Origin: Lophium mytilinum
Lineage: Eukaryota
Length of the DNA stretch: 64,000 nt
Assembly (NCBI GenBank): GCA_010093605.1
Contig: MU004193.1
Location: 1,557,520-1,621,519, forward strand
Direction of reading: 5' to 3'
Position 1 is the stretch's first letter. Each line of letters opens with the position of its first letter. Below are positions 13,194-24,699 of the stretch, one piece after another. The position numbers and the translations under genes are program-made. Below the pieces are notes generated by a model. It was not told where the DNA came from. It saw nothing but the letters and a program-made list of their open reading frames with translations, and searched no databases.

Positions 13194-15521
13194 TCACCGC
13201 AGTCCGAAAATTTCCCTTTTACTCGCTGAAGAGTACCACTTGCCGTCCATGACATCGTGGATATAGCAGGACCCAACCAGTTTGTATTCATTACGAGTCT
13301 TCATCGGTCTTAACACGTAAGGTATCGTCGCACGGCTCAATACCACGACGATGTCATTCTTTTGCATCGATCCAGGCCCGATACCAAAGTAACCCTCCCA
13401 AGTATAGAATATACGTCGTCCAAGAAGTCTAATCTCGGCTAGTCGTGCATAGTGAGTTTCTGTGAAGTCGTGTTTGTGCACTGAGATGGAAAAATCGTCT
13501 TGATAACGTCCGTACAATCCATGGAATACCTTACGGCGAAGATCCATAGCACATTTGTAGTCCGGATTCGTAAGTTCTTCCCAGAAAGAGCCTCCTTCTT
13601 TTGTGTAGTCGGGGTCAAAACGTTTTTGAAAAGTGTATTTAAATTTTTTCAACATGGATTTCATAAACGTTAAAAACTCTATGTTCAATGCAGACTCAGT
13701 GTTCTCGTACACAGGCTGTTGATCATCCAGGAGTCCCTGTATAAGAGTAATGGCCATACTTCGAATTTGCGACTCTCGATCTTGATTTCTCTGTCGATTG
13801 GCCTGGTGTATTCTGAACCAAAGCTCTAAAATCTGATGCGTTGCATCCTCTTCATCCGTTGAGAAACTATTCAACAGTCTCCCATTTCGATGAGGTTCTA
13901 GCAATGCACCGGCATGGTCGACAGTGTCAAATTTGCGTCCGACAACATGGAGCGTATCTTGGGTTATTCTCGCGGGTTTTCCCGCTTTATAATCCCCACA
14001 GGCGGACCAGAGATTTAGCAAGCGTACATCTAGCGATGGACTATCCTCGTTCCATAGTGGTACCCAAGAAGGATGATCCGAGTCCGTTGATTCTGCTGCG
14101 GCAAGGAGGGAAAGATCTCCAGTCGTCTCGATAATACTTTTCGCTGCATCAAAATAGACATCAAAGATGCTCTTGTCATAATTCGGTATCAAGGATGAAG
14201 TGTTGACTTTCCAATCAATCAGACCCAATAGCGCATACACCTTATCTCGTGGATTAGTTGCTTTCCGATGTCGGAAGTCGGATAGAGCATATAGTAGTCC
14301 CCTGGGATCCGAATCCAAGTGATACCGTGTTGTGCTCAGGGTGTCGTAAACGCTACGCACTGCCTTATGCTCTTCTTCCCCCCAGAGCTGACGCACATCC
14401 ACCTCTTGCTCAAGCCACCATGGAATCAACGGCATGATACGCTTCCAGGGAATTTTGGATGGTGGATCACAACCCAAAAGCACAACGGCATCCTGAGCGA
14501 GAACAATCTCTTGAACACACCATATTCTTGTGAACCAAGCGTCTTGAATGAAACTTAGGAAGGCTTCTATCTTTTCCGAGTTTTCTACCACTTTCTTGGC
14601 CAACTTTTCCTTGAGCGCCTCTGGTCCTGCGTAGACTTCTTCCGGCAGAATTAATGCTGACTTGATGGATTTCCCAGCCCCTCGAAGCTTTTCCATCAAT
14701 TCCATAGCTTCAATCGTTATTTCGGGCCCGTGATACCAGTGCTTGTAGGTAATGGACACTACGACTCGCGAAGCCTCAGAGTAGATGGTTTTCATAAGCT
14801 GCACTTGCCCGGTTTTCTCATCGTTGTCATCTTGATTGATACAAACGTAATCGATCCATAGGAGACGTCTTTCGTCTTCATAACGCAGTTGCTTCAACGC
14901 AAAAAGGAGGTTTGGAGTGACATCAATGCGGTAACCATCGCAGAGAATTGGCTTCAATTTGGTGCTTGTTCCCCATACATACGAAAGCGCTTCGTAAGCA
15001 GGTAGATTGTCGGTTTCGTGTACCACCAGCTTGCATTCGATTTGTGCATCTACTTTCCCAGGTAAAATGACAAGAAGTCGGACTTCGTAGCCGTTGAGCC
15101 GCTTTGTGTACATGTACATCGGTACAGGTTCTCGACGTCCACTGGGCAATGTGTTTGTAGCCATGATAGACCGGGATGGAACCTTGCTAGGAACTGGCGC
15201 CAATGGCTTTGACGGTTGTCGCAAGGGAGTTAAAGTAGCAGGCTTCAGTGTCCCATTGGAATCGTGCGACTTGGGCGATTTGGATGCCTTTGGTGCAGGA
15301 GGCTCTTCAGGTAGAGGATTTGGATTGGAAAGCTCTTCTGCCGTGATGGAACCCAGCAACTCCAAAGGTTTGGACGCCCTTGGGGCAAACGGCGTAGCCT
15401 CGCCATTGAAGCTTTGGGTGCGGACGGAATTTGAAGCTCGCGGAACGAAATCCTTGACGGCTGCATCAAGCTTGATCGTCGAAGGAACGAAAGCACTCGC
15501 TTTGGGATTGAGATAGCTCAT
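13194..15521 (-). CDS. HET-domain protein (HET-6-like), 775 aa, with N-terminal PAM2-like motifs
   Basis: Intronless ORF: EVRLLVILPG, YEALSYVWG, LWIDYVCINQDDNDEKTGQVQLMKTIYSEA, WFTRIWCVQE, ATNPRDKVYALLGL, PSWVP, GYFGIGP...DIVVVL...PYVLR...LVGSCYIHDVMDG. Confidence 0.93.
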   Translation of the reverse strand: MSYLNPKASAFVPSTIKLDAAVKDFVPRASNSVRTQSFNGEATPFAPRASKPLELLGSITAEELSNPNPLPEEPPAPKASKSPKSHDSNGTLKPATLTPLRQPSKPLAPVPSKVPSRSIMATNTLPSGRREPVPMYMYTKRLNGYEVRLLVILPGKVDAQIECKLVVHETDNLPAYEALSYVWGTSTKLKPILCDGYRIDVTPNLLFALKQLRYEDERRLLWIDYVCINQDDNDEKTGQVQLMKTIYSEASRVVVSITYKHWYHGPEITIEAMELMEKLRGAGKSIKSALILPEEVYAGPEALKEKLAKKVVENSEKIEAFLSFIQDAWFTRIWCVQEIVLAQDAVVLLGCDPPSKIPWKRIMPLIPWWLEQEVDVRQLWGEEEHKAVRSVYDTLSTTRYHLDSDPRGLLYALSDFRHRKATNPRDKVYALLGLIDWKVNTSSLIPNYDKSIFDVYFDAAKSIIETTGDLSLLAAAESTDSDHPSWVPLWNEDSPSLDVRLLNLWSACGDYKAGKPARITQDTLHVVGRKFDTVDHAGALLEPHRNGRLLNSFSTDEEDATHQILELWFRIHQANRQRNQDRESQIRSMAITLIQGLLDDQQPVYENTESALNIEFLTFMKSMLKKFKYTFQKRFDPDYTKEGGSFWEELTNPDYKCAMDLRRKVFHGLYGRYQDDFSISVHKHDFTETHYARLAEIRLLGRRIFYTWEGYFGIGPGSMQKNDIVVVLSRATIPYVLRPMKTRNEYKLVGSCYIHDVMDGKWYSSASKREIFGLR

Positions 15522-15867
15522 GTTGAGAAATATAGAGCAGAAACTGCAACTTTGACGTAGATGGGCAGGGAGATTTCAGCTGGGGCTGTGTTGCAACTGA
15601 GTAGGCAACAGCGAAGAACGCGATGAAGGTAACCACCGCAATCGAAATCTAAAGGAGCAAGGCTAAGCGTCTGTAATTTTCTATTTCGAATTCGCTGGTA
15701 TGTTTGAAGATGTCTGATCTACGTGCGAATGGCATTTGTATTCCTCTGAAATCGCCTTGCCAAATCTGAGGTGGTGAAGAAGAAGATGTTGACCTGCTAC
15801 GGCGGTTGTTCTGTTATGCTTGGATGCACGTCAGCCTATATGTATGCTGATCTATAAAAGCGAATAT

Positions 15868-16216
15868 CTATCTAGTCTAACTCTTAAGCCTTTATATCAG
15901 CACTAATCCCCTTAGCAACAAATGCATCGGATTTTCACTGTGTTCCCTACTAAAGATTTCATTGCCGTATAAGCAGTTGCCAAAGGAGCGTCAATCACTG
16001 CGTGTTCATCTCGAATAGATACCTAGAACCTGCCCGCCCGAAGTCTATGTTATTATAGATGAGAACGGAGAGCATTTCAGCTCAGAAAGATGCGGACGCA
16101 GCTGTATCACGTAATGTTACTTTCGAACCCTTTTAAAGCAATATAGATTTTATATCTTTAAGATGATTATTCTTTTAAGGGTTTAACGTCTCGATCTAGG
16201 TAGCTTAGGTGGTAAA
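15868..16216 (+). repeat. Diverged direct repeat, copy 2 (pairs with 12289-12690), with RIP-like transitions
   Basis: Same block order as copy 1, with several C>T/G>A differences (cttcatatc>ctttatatc, cctcagc>ccttagc, cacgtga>cacgtaa, tttgaagc>tttaaagc) and indels. Confidence 0.85.
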
Positions 16217-16493
16217 TTGACTTTCTGGACTTACGCGATTAAAGAGGCCCTAAATCCGTGACCCGGGATAGTTTTGAGCCCCCTAGCCACGACTTCACAT
16301 ATTCTGGCGAAGTGTATCTAACTCTGCATCTTATCCTACTTTGCCGACTCAACAACAAGATCATTTCTTCAAACCAAGCCATGCCAAGCCCCTCTACAGG
16401 TTGTTGAGAAGCGGAAGCACCTCCTACCCCGCTATCCATCACTCACTCAACCAAGAAAGGCATAAAAAAAGCTCTGGCAGAAAAAGAAAAGAA

Positions 16494-16967
16494 ATGTCAA
16501 TGTCAAAACTAACCAACCCACCACCGATACCGGCCAGCCCTCCCCCAACACAGCTCTCAACACACATGCAAAATCTGCTGAAAGGTCTAGACTTACTCAC
16601 TCGTTCGTTACTATCACCACCCGCTCACTATCGCGCGCCTTGGTACGCTGACGGGCTAGACCCACATCTCTACCAAGCCCCAACCGCGAACTCCCTCTTG
16701 GCAGAGCGACTTCTAGAAATTCTAGAGCACCAGCTCTCCTCGCGCTTCCCGCGTCACAGCGCCCGCCCGAGATGGGCTGAGAAACGCATCACTCCACTCA
16801 CAAGGCGTCGGCGTCCTCGCTCGCTCGCTACCCCCTCCCCCGCCGTTAGACGCAGATATGCAAGTCATTTTCCGCTCGGGGAGGTCCAGCCGTTCGAGTG
16901 TGGGCGGCGTGGCTTGGCGGGGTGGCCACCTTTCCCCGTCTCGTTACGGGTGATATGCCCAACCTAA
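16494..16967 (+). CDS. Hypothetical protein (uncertain)
   Basis: Open frame from MSMSKLTNPPP with helical-looking segments (MQNLLKGLDLLTRSLL, LAERLLEILEHQL); no recognisable domain. Confidence 0.25.
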   Translation: MSMSKLTNPPPIPASPPPTQLSTHMQNLLKGLDLLTRSLLSPPAHYRAPWYADGLDPHLYQAPTANSLLAERLLEILEHQLSSRFPRHSARPRWAEKRITPLTRRRRPRSLATPSPAVRRRYASHFPLGEVQPFECGRRGLAGWPPFPVSLRVICPT

Positions 16968-17891
16968 CATCCACGGTGTCGAAACCTTGTCTGATCGAGT
17001 AGTAGGTTTGTTGTGCGACAAAGCGCACCCCACGTTTCGTAGAACCCAACCTCGCGCCTTCGGGCCTTGAGAGTTCCGTCGGCGTGGCTGGCGGGTATAG
17101 CTTGTCAGGGCGCGGGGCGCGATAACAAGGGCTGAGGATGTTGCCCCTCAGCATGTTGCGTGCGAAAGAGCGGGGTCGTGTCGGCCGAGCGCTGACATCA
17201 TGCATCATGAGGCTGCCTTGCTGCCCCGCTTTCGAAAAACGTGGTGGTTTTGATTGGGGCGCGTCTGGGCGATCAATGGGTTGCGCGACGATGAAGGATG
17301 AAGGAGTACAGGGGTGGATTACCACTTTTGGGGGATGCTCCAGAGAATTGGGTGGAGATGTATGGGAGCGGCGAAGATAGGATAGGGAGGGTTGAAATAG
17401 GTGTCTTGATAGAAAGCTGGTATAGAGATGAAGCTTGATAGCACTTGCATATAGAAGAGAAGTTGGAATGACATTTCAACGTTCATTACGAATATATACC
17501 AGTGTCCCAGCAATAATAATGAACCATTTCCATGCCCCTACTGTATTGTAGTTCTCCCCTGTATCCGTCTTTCATCTACAATAATCGCGACAAGTGAGGG
17601 CATTTGAAAATCATGTAGTGTACTCCAGTTCCCAACTAAACCAGCCTCGGATATCAGATGCTCTCGAATCCGAGGTCTTTTGCCTTCCCCATGAGCGCCT
17701 CTTCCAAACAACACCGAACATGTAATCCGTCGTCTCTTCGGGATCAATCCAAAAGGGTAAAATAGAATCTCGAGATAAAAGCAACACAACGCCACTTATG
17801 CAGATGAAGCATATACTGCTGTGACAACTCAAGAAAAGGAGGCGAGCTTGGGTTCCTCGTATGTATGTGTAGATCAGAAAAACTGGGTTGT

Positions 17892-20000
17892 CTAGTTCCA
17901 GCCCTCACCCATATCGAAGCGATGTTGGAGCGCCTTGGCCACACGCCTCTCTGGCTTCGGCGGGATGTGGCGATGGAGATGTTTCTTTCGCTCCATCATC
18001 TTGGAAGAGCCCTTCTTAGCTTGCGATACGTCGATGCAGCAAGTCTGGTCCTCGAAGCTGTCGGGACAGCAGCACTCGATGTTCTTGAAGTAGGAGAGTT
18101 TTACGATGTCGCGGACTGGAATGCGCTTTTCCGGGATGGGGTGCAACATCTTAAGGAGGAGACGTTTGATGGGAGGTGGGCCAATGAGGCCAAAGAGCAT
18201 GCCACACTTGGGGTAGCCGTCGTCGCCCTCAGTGAGTTGGCCGTCGGGGTGGTTCTCGAGCCATTTCGTCCAACCAGCCTCGAATTTATCATAGTTGCCG
18301 CCATCCTTCTGGGCACCGTCCCAAGGACAGCCCCCGCAGGTCATGGTTAAGTAAACAATGGCACAAGACCAGACATCCAGAGGACGAGGATCGTAGCTCC
18401 TTCCTTTGATGAGAACTTCGGGCGCAATGTAGGGCATACTCCCACAGATTCCAGATGCCGATAATCGCACTTCGCCCATGTTCTTTCCACACTCTCCTCC
18501 TGCAGCTCGAAGGCCTGGATGCTCGCCACTGAAGACCTCAGCAACACCGAAATCAGAGATCTTGAGATGTCCGTCTTTGTTCAGCAGTAGATTCTCTAAT
18601 TTGATGTCCCGATGAGCGATGCCGTGGCTGTGCAGGTAGTCGACTCCACGAATCAGCTGCTTGAAGAGGCAGAGGCGGTCGGTTTGAGAGTAGTAGCCAT
18701 CCGAGGCAAAGAGCTTCCGGTCGACCAGAGAGTAGATCTCGCCGTAGTTGCAGTATTCCATGACGTGATTCCATTTTCCGTTGTGATAGCACAGACGCAC
18801 CGTCTCCACGATGTTCGGGTGGTGCAAGCTCTTGGCGATGCAGTACTCGGACTTGATCTTTTTGATGTAGTCGTCTTCGCTCTCGTTTCTTTCCCGATTG
18901 CGGAACTCCTTCACGGCCACCAGCTGCTCTTCACCATTGGCTGCTTCTTTTCGTGCCATGATACGCACCTGTGCTGTTGCACCTTTTCCCAGCAGCTTTC
19001 CACGCTTTCCAGGCATCAGACTCGAGCTTTTGAACTCCTTGTCTAAGTCCACGTGGTCCACGTTGAATTCGTTGGGTAGGCTCGTGCTCAACCGGCGAGC
19101 CTTCATGCCCACGCCTTCGGCTGCCCTCTGCGTGAGAATGTTCGCCGTCAGGCCAACAGTGTTGTCATCCTTTGCGACGTGCGGAATATGGTCGGTTGAC
19201 GCGGACCGTTCCCGCCTGGGGTGCCGCAGTGACTTGCTCCCCCCCCTCGCAATATCAGGGGGGAAAGTTATGCCTTGCCGTGGTGAATTCATGCCGTTGA
19301 GAGCAGTAGACGACTGCGAGTGTTTCGAACTCTTTTCCATGTCCCGCGCCGGGTCGTGCGAAATAGTGCTCGAAGGCGAGCTGGGCGAGGGCGGGGTGTT
19401 GGACTGCGAGGACTTGGGCGTGTTCCGGCCCGAGAGGGAGAAGGAGCTCATGCGACGGGTCTTGGGCATGAGTGCGTTGCCGTTGCTGTTCTCGTTGTTG
19501 CTGACGCTGACGTCAGTTGTCGTTACGGAGAGTTGCTGCGGCGGCTCGGCAGACGGGGTGCGGTGGAGTTTATTCCGCACGAACGAGCCCACACGCTTCC
19601 CCAGACCCTGTCTGGGTTGCTGCGCCGTCTCCACGGAGGTATAGGTCTGCGAGCGCGGAGTCGGCTTGGGTCGCGCAAGGGTCGCTGTGAGAGGACGTAG
19701 CTTCGTCTCAGCGCGAGGCATCTCAGCGGCGGCGGTGTCGACGACGTCGACGGCTCCGTCGTGGTCGAAAGGATGTGGGGAGGTATCGCTGGTGGGTGTA
19801 ACGGGCTCTGGGGGCTCGCTTGCGGTTTCGTTGTTTTCGTCTTCTTCGGGGATGGGTGTTTGGCAGTCGATCAGACGGGAGTCTCTGAAGTTTTGGACCT
19901 CCAGGTGGGCGTCCACGAGCTCACTCTTATGGCCAGTCGATGGAGCTAGGCCGGAGAGGCCTTGAGGCTCGATCAGCGGCTGGGTTTGGGTGGAAGCCAT
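17892..20000 (-). CDS. NPR/HAL-family (Hal5/Ptk2/Hrk1-like) Ser/Thr kinase, 702 aa
   Basis: Likely start MASTQTQ (ATG at 20000); long Ser/Pro-rich N-terminus; GKGATAQV, VAVKEF, EYCIAKSLHHPNIVET, HRDIKLENLLL, DFG, GICGSMPYIAPE, YDPRPLDVWS. Confidence 0.9.
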   Translation of the reverse strand: MASTQTQPLIEPQGLSGLAPSTGHKSELVDAHLEVQNFRDSRLIDCQTPIPEEDENNETASEPPEPVTPTSDTSPHPFDHDGAVDVVDTAAAEMPRAETKLRPLTATLARPKPTPRSQTYTSVETAQQPRQGLGKRVGSFVRNKLHRTPSAEPPQQLSVTTTDVSVSNNENSNGNALMPKTRRMSSFSLSGRNTPKSSQSNTPPSPSSPSSTISHDPARDMEKSSKHSQSSTALNGMNSPRQGITFPPDIARGGSKSLRHPRRERSASTDHIPHVAKDDNTVGLTANILTQRAAEGVGMKARRLSTSLPNEFNVDHVDLDKEFKSSSLMPGKRGKLLGKGATAQVRIMARKEAANGEEQLVAVKEFRNRERNESEDDYIKKIKSEYCIAKSLHHPNIVETVRLCYHNGKWNHVMEYCNYGEIYSLVDRKLFASDGYYSQTDRLCLFKQLIRGVDYLHSHGIAHRDIKLENLLLNKDGHLKISDFGVAEVFSGEHPGLRAAGGECGKNMGEVRLSASGICGSMPYIAPEVLIKGRSYDPRPLDVWSCAIVYLTMTCGGCPWDGAQKDGGNYDKFEAGWTKWLENHPDGQLTEGDDGYPKCGMLFGLIGPPPIKRLLLKMLHPIPEKRIPVRDIVKLSYFKNIECCCPDSFEDQTCCIDVSQAKKGSSKMMERKKHLHRHIPPKPERRVAKALQHRFDMGEGWN

Positions 20001-23000
20001 GGCAATTCTTGGCGGTTGTGGGGATGCTGCGGTGGTCTCAATTGCGATCTGCAGGCGTCTGCATAGGCTGTGTAACCGTTTCAAGCTGCGGCGACACGGA
20101 TTCGGAGTGCTGCGGTTTGACACCAGCCTGGGCGGTCTTGGGACTCTCACTACGCGCGTTGTAACGGACTGGGGCGGTGATAGGCAGAGGCTAGGGTCGC
20201 GGAGCAGAAGCGTATGGCGGGGACGATGTTGAGGGTGTTGTGGGCGTGTTGAGTGGGTCGCAGTCGTTTTGAGGCCATACAAGTGCTATATCGTGTCTAG
20301 AAGCTGTTCTATGGGCGTCGAGGAGGTTGTATTTGTACTGTGCAGCAGTAGAGGTTGTGGGCGAGCCGCATCAGAGCGCGCGGGTCTGCGAGCCTTTTAC
20401 GCCGGGGGCGGCAATGGGTCTGTTTCCACGATAGGCGTAGCTTGCCCAGCCAGATCCAAGCCCTTTGACGTATGGCCGGGTAGCAAATGCCGACCACGAG
20501 ACGCAGCGGTTGAGATTATTATGGAATCGGCCTTTCGCGACAGCGAGCTTCGGGCTCTTCGGTGACGGTTGGTGCTCGGTGACTCGAGTTTTGCAGTGCT
20601 GCAACAGCCGCGTCAAGAGCACTGGCGGGCAGCCGGCCGCTTTAAAGAGGCCGCGATGAGGCTTCACACGCTTCAGACGCACCCCACTGCACGACTCCAG
20701 TAGCTCTCCGAATTTCGCGCAATTGCAGATGATCGATAGCCGGGATCGCATGCCTCGCCGGGACTGCTGCTCGAACCGCGCCCCTCGCCGGCTTGCCCGA
20801 AGTAGCCGCCTGGCAGCGCGCTACGGTTATGTAACTCAGCGCCGACGACGGCTGCAGCAACACCTGCAGCCACGGCTTCAAGGCAGGAGCAGGAGAACGA
20901 CCCGAAGCTGAGAGATCGTGGCCGTCTGTTTGGGTGAGATGACGCTGCGCGATTTTATCCCGCCTACAGCCTGCTCTCCACTCTTCTCCTGCACACATCT
21001 CTCAGACATCGCCAGCCTCTCAGCAGCCTCTCAGCATGTACGCACGCCTAGGACCTGACCGACTGTCTGCTGATGCTCCCTTGCCGACACTGCTACGCTT
21101 CACACCCTCGCCGGATTCCGACTATGCCATGCAGCGGCGAACTCTATGTATGCTGTGGACTCCAGGCCCAGCTGGATGCCAGCCCCAGCCGTTTCCAAGG
21201 CTTGTTTCTGGGATCCCGAACGCTCTTTTACCCGCCGTTTGCGACTGGAAAGAAAGGCGTGGGGGCGATGAGGGGTGCCCTGGGCCTTGACGACGGGGGC
21301 ATGAGAACTGCACGTCAAAATAGCTACAACTTGAGCACAGCCAACAGCTTCACCGAAGCTTGTCACCGCTCATTCCAGGGCTGCTGGAGCCCATAACGAC
21401 TGGCGCTGCCCAATTCCGAATGCCCGCCCGCTTCTCGAGCACAGGATCCCCACAGCGCCAGCAATCTCACACCCCGCACATGTTGTGTCGCCAGCGGCCT
21501 CAATCGCAACACAGTCGACGTGACGATGTTCACCGATCAGCGCCCGGACACGGCCCCGACTGCACCCCGAATTCCTTCTTGCCTCGTGTCCGAGGTGTGT
21601 GGGAGAAGCAAGTAGATGGACATGAAGTGCACGCGGAGAAAGCCCCTTTTCCTGCTCGCAATGAGGCTCCGGAGCGCAACCGACTGCTGTATCTAGGTAG
21701 TTGACTGCGTTTTCTAGCATGTGGAGCCAAATCATAACATGTACGAGCATCGTTCGCCCTTCAGCTCTGCCGGTTGCGTTGTGGTCGACTCCCATTCACC
21801 GGTCGATGACTTCCAGCACCCGGCTGGCTGTTTATCCGTTCATCCCCCACAGCTCACCTGCATTAGTGGAGAGCTTACTTCATGCCCTGGAGAGCGAAGA
21901 TGCAAAGATGCCCTCCCTTGAGCATCGCAGGCTGTGATAGGCCCGTGCTTGCGGTTGACTCGTGGGGGAATGTGGGGAGGCGGGCGTACGTGATGCAATA
22001 CCTGCCTGCATATGCAATGCAGACTTTGAAAGGTTTTCCGCACGTGAGTTGTTTCCTCTATTGTCACCACAAGCCGCCAAGGCCGCACAACCGAATGTAC
22101 AGTTCGAGCTTCGGACGCCTCAGAGATGGCCAGAGTCTCATTTCCAGACCTCAACCACGTCTGCAACTCTGGCCCTGGTAGCCAAGAATTCCACCGTGAT
22201 CGCTGCGACCATCCACGGCTGTGCCTTGGGCTAAGACCAGACGCTACCTGGTACCTCACAGCCTCAAGCCGCGTTAGCATTTTTGCGTGCAATCACACCT
22301 GCGAGCGTGTCACCCTGCAACACAAGAACATCAATTGGCCGTGTCCGCCCTTGCCCTAGCGAATCGCCGTCCGAAGATTCATGTGTCTAGCTAGGCTGGC
22401 GCATGCACGCGGCCACCGGCCCCATGCCCGAGCAATAGCATCCAAAGTCACTGGTTTCAGCACGAGCTCCTCAACATTTTCCCGTAGGCCAACAAAGCAC
22501 GTCCGATGATTCGTTCTGATTATCGCCATTTCCTTACAGTACTAGCTCATAAATTTGGTCACTCGGAAACACGACTGCTATAGCTTCCCTATTACTCATT
22601 CGACACTACTGTAAGGAGTGCCGTAAGTAGAATGTCTATAATTGATTCAAGGTAGTGTAATTCTCGCTGTGTCGGCCTTTACGGCGGACTTGGAGTTGCC
22701 AAAGCCTATCGGGGTACCCCAAACATTTGCAAGGAGTGCCCAAATTCATGTCTTGGTACTGTACTTCTTCAACAGTCGTCATCAGGAAACGCGTAGACCT
22801 CCACTCCCGAAAGTCGGTGCTTGGCAAATTCTGGAGATACACATGTGCTCTAGCTTTATCCTCTATACAGCAGCTCGGGCATGTGTCAGCCGATCCGTAT
22901 AGTTTCGGTGTCCGAATCCAAGCGCGGCTTACCTACATACACGCAGACTCGATGGTACTTCGCCGCCCGATTATCTATACGTCCACACGCATACCAACTC

Positions 23001-24699
23001 TTACTCCGCCCTAGACTAACCACATCACCGACTGACGACGACGACAACACATTATTGTGGAGTTGATCTGACAGATGATGAAACAGCCGGAGCAGATCTG
23101 AAGAATCGCCGATCCATCTGCGACTCCTATCGACTTTCTCGAAACGGAGTGCGTACGGATACTGCCACGGCTTGGCGTTACCTCTATGGATCGCAACGTC
23201 TATCAAACCACACCACCTTCCATGCCACCATCACAAGCTGAATTCCACATCATCCCGCGACGATCCGCCTCGCCAAGAGCTATCGAAAGATCGCCCACCG
23301 TCGCCAGCTTATCACTACCAAGCGTTTGGGGGAAAGCACACACCGCCGGCCTCAGATCTGAACGGAAAGCATGTATGCAGGACATCTCTTAGCTCCCGCG
23401 CCACCATCTGGGCAATCGTTATGCACCCAAGATCCGAAACACGGCTCTGCACGACTAGAAAAAACGGGTACCCGCGTCAGCGCGACGCGGAGCAAAGTCT
23501 CGAGTCTCACATGGACCTTGGCGAACGCGACGGATCCGACATTGTCCGCCGCTTGGCACGCGCCTGCCAAGAGTCAGCGGAGCTGCGGAACGCAGGCCAA
23601 GAGATCGGCGGTAAGTGCGCCTGGGGCGCCGTTTGGCCAAGCGCTGTTGTGCGAGACGGGAATCGTAAGGCGGAGTTTTGTAGATTGTGGTGGCCGGCTT
23701 GGCGGGGATACGGAACTTGGCGTGCTTTAAGGGGACGACGGGAGTAGCCGGCGCAGGTAAGGGGGGCTGGGTGGGTGACGAGGAAAGATTGCGTGGATGG
23801 ACACCTGTGGGCTGACGAGCTTTAGTCATTCGATCAGGTAGGTAGCATTTTCCGCCCTCTTTGCGTCCATAGCATTTCCCTTGGACTGGCAAGGCGTGCC
23901 TAACAACATTTCCAACGAAAAATACCGTAAGCTTCAATCTTTACTTCTTCAAGACCGCACCTACCTTTGTAACCAGCGTCCGGTGCTATGCCTCCTCAAC
24001 TTATGAGTTGAGCAATATGACCGTCGTGCGCTCATGAGCGGTGATTCCTTATTTACTCAATCCTACAAAGAGGTCAGAACCTATGGAAGACTGCCATCGA
24101 AACAAAACAGGGAGAAGTGAACCTCTTCTGAGCACCAATCGCCAGCCACCCAGCCGCATCAGATTACAGCCAGCTCTGCAATCTATTCAAAGGCTAATCT
24201 ATCGACCGCATTGTTAGAATTATGCTTAGAAATCCACTATAATTAGAACCTCCGTTATACCCTTCTAAATCGCACTCCCACATCGCCCATCTCTATTAGC
24301 CCTTAAAATGCAGATACAAGGTTCACTTCGACGTTCTGTCTAGAGCGGAGGAACAATCCCAGTACGGCAGTTTCATAAATCGCAAGTGGCGATGCAGCAC
24401 ATGCTAGGGGTAGGTCTTCATGATCATATTCTGTCACCTCACAAGAGATCCAATCCAGCTTTTCAACTTCTCTCTGAAGCCCACGTCGCATAGCTTACGC
24501 AACATACGCGTCTCCCATGCCCACAGCCTAGGCACGCAGACCTCACTTCATCCCAGCGAGCGGATGTTCCAAAGGGATTAAACAGACGTCAGCCCGGTCT
24601 CCAAACCTCTCCATACCAACCCCTCGCTCCGCTCCAAACCCCACCCCAACCTCAAAATCATACATCCACCCTGCACCCTCCATCCATCCCGCTCTACCC

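Noticed and set aside
12289..16216. Intact LTR retrotransposon defined by the direct repeats
   Set aside because: No gag/pol inside and no clear TG...CA termini, PBS, PPT or target-site duplication
20001..20282. N-terminal extension of the HAL kinase in the ORF track (796 aa)
   Set aside because: Starts at a non-ATG codon and reads like 5' UTR; first ATG is at 20000
20300..24000. Many overlapping 60-190 aa ORFs on both strands
   Set aside because: No domains, no consistent strand or codon bias; expected by chance in GC-rich intergenic DNA
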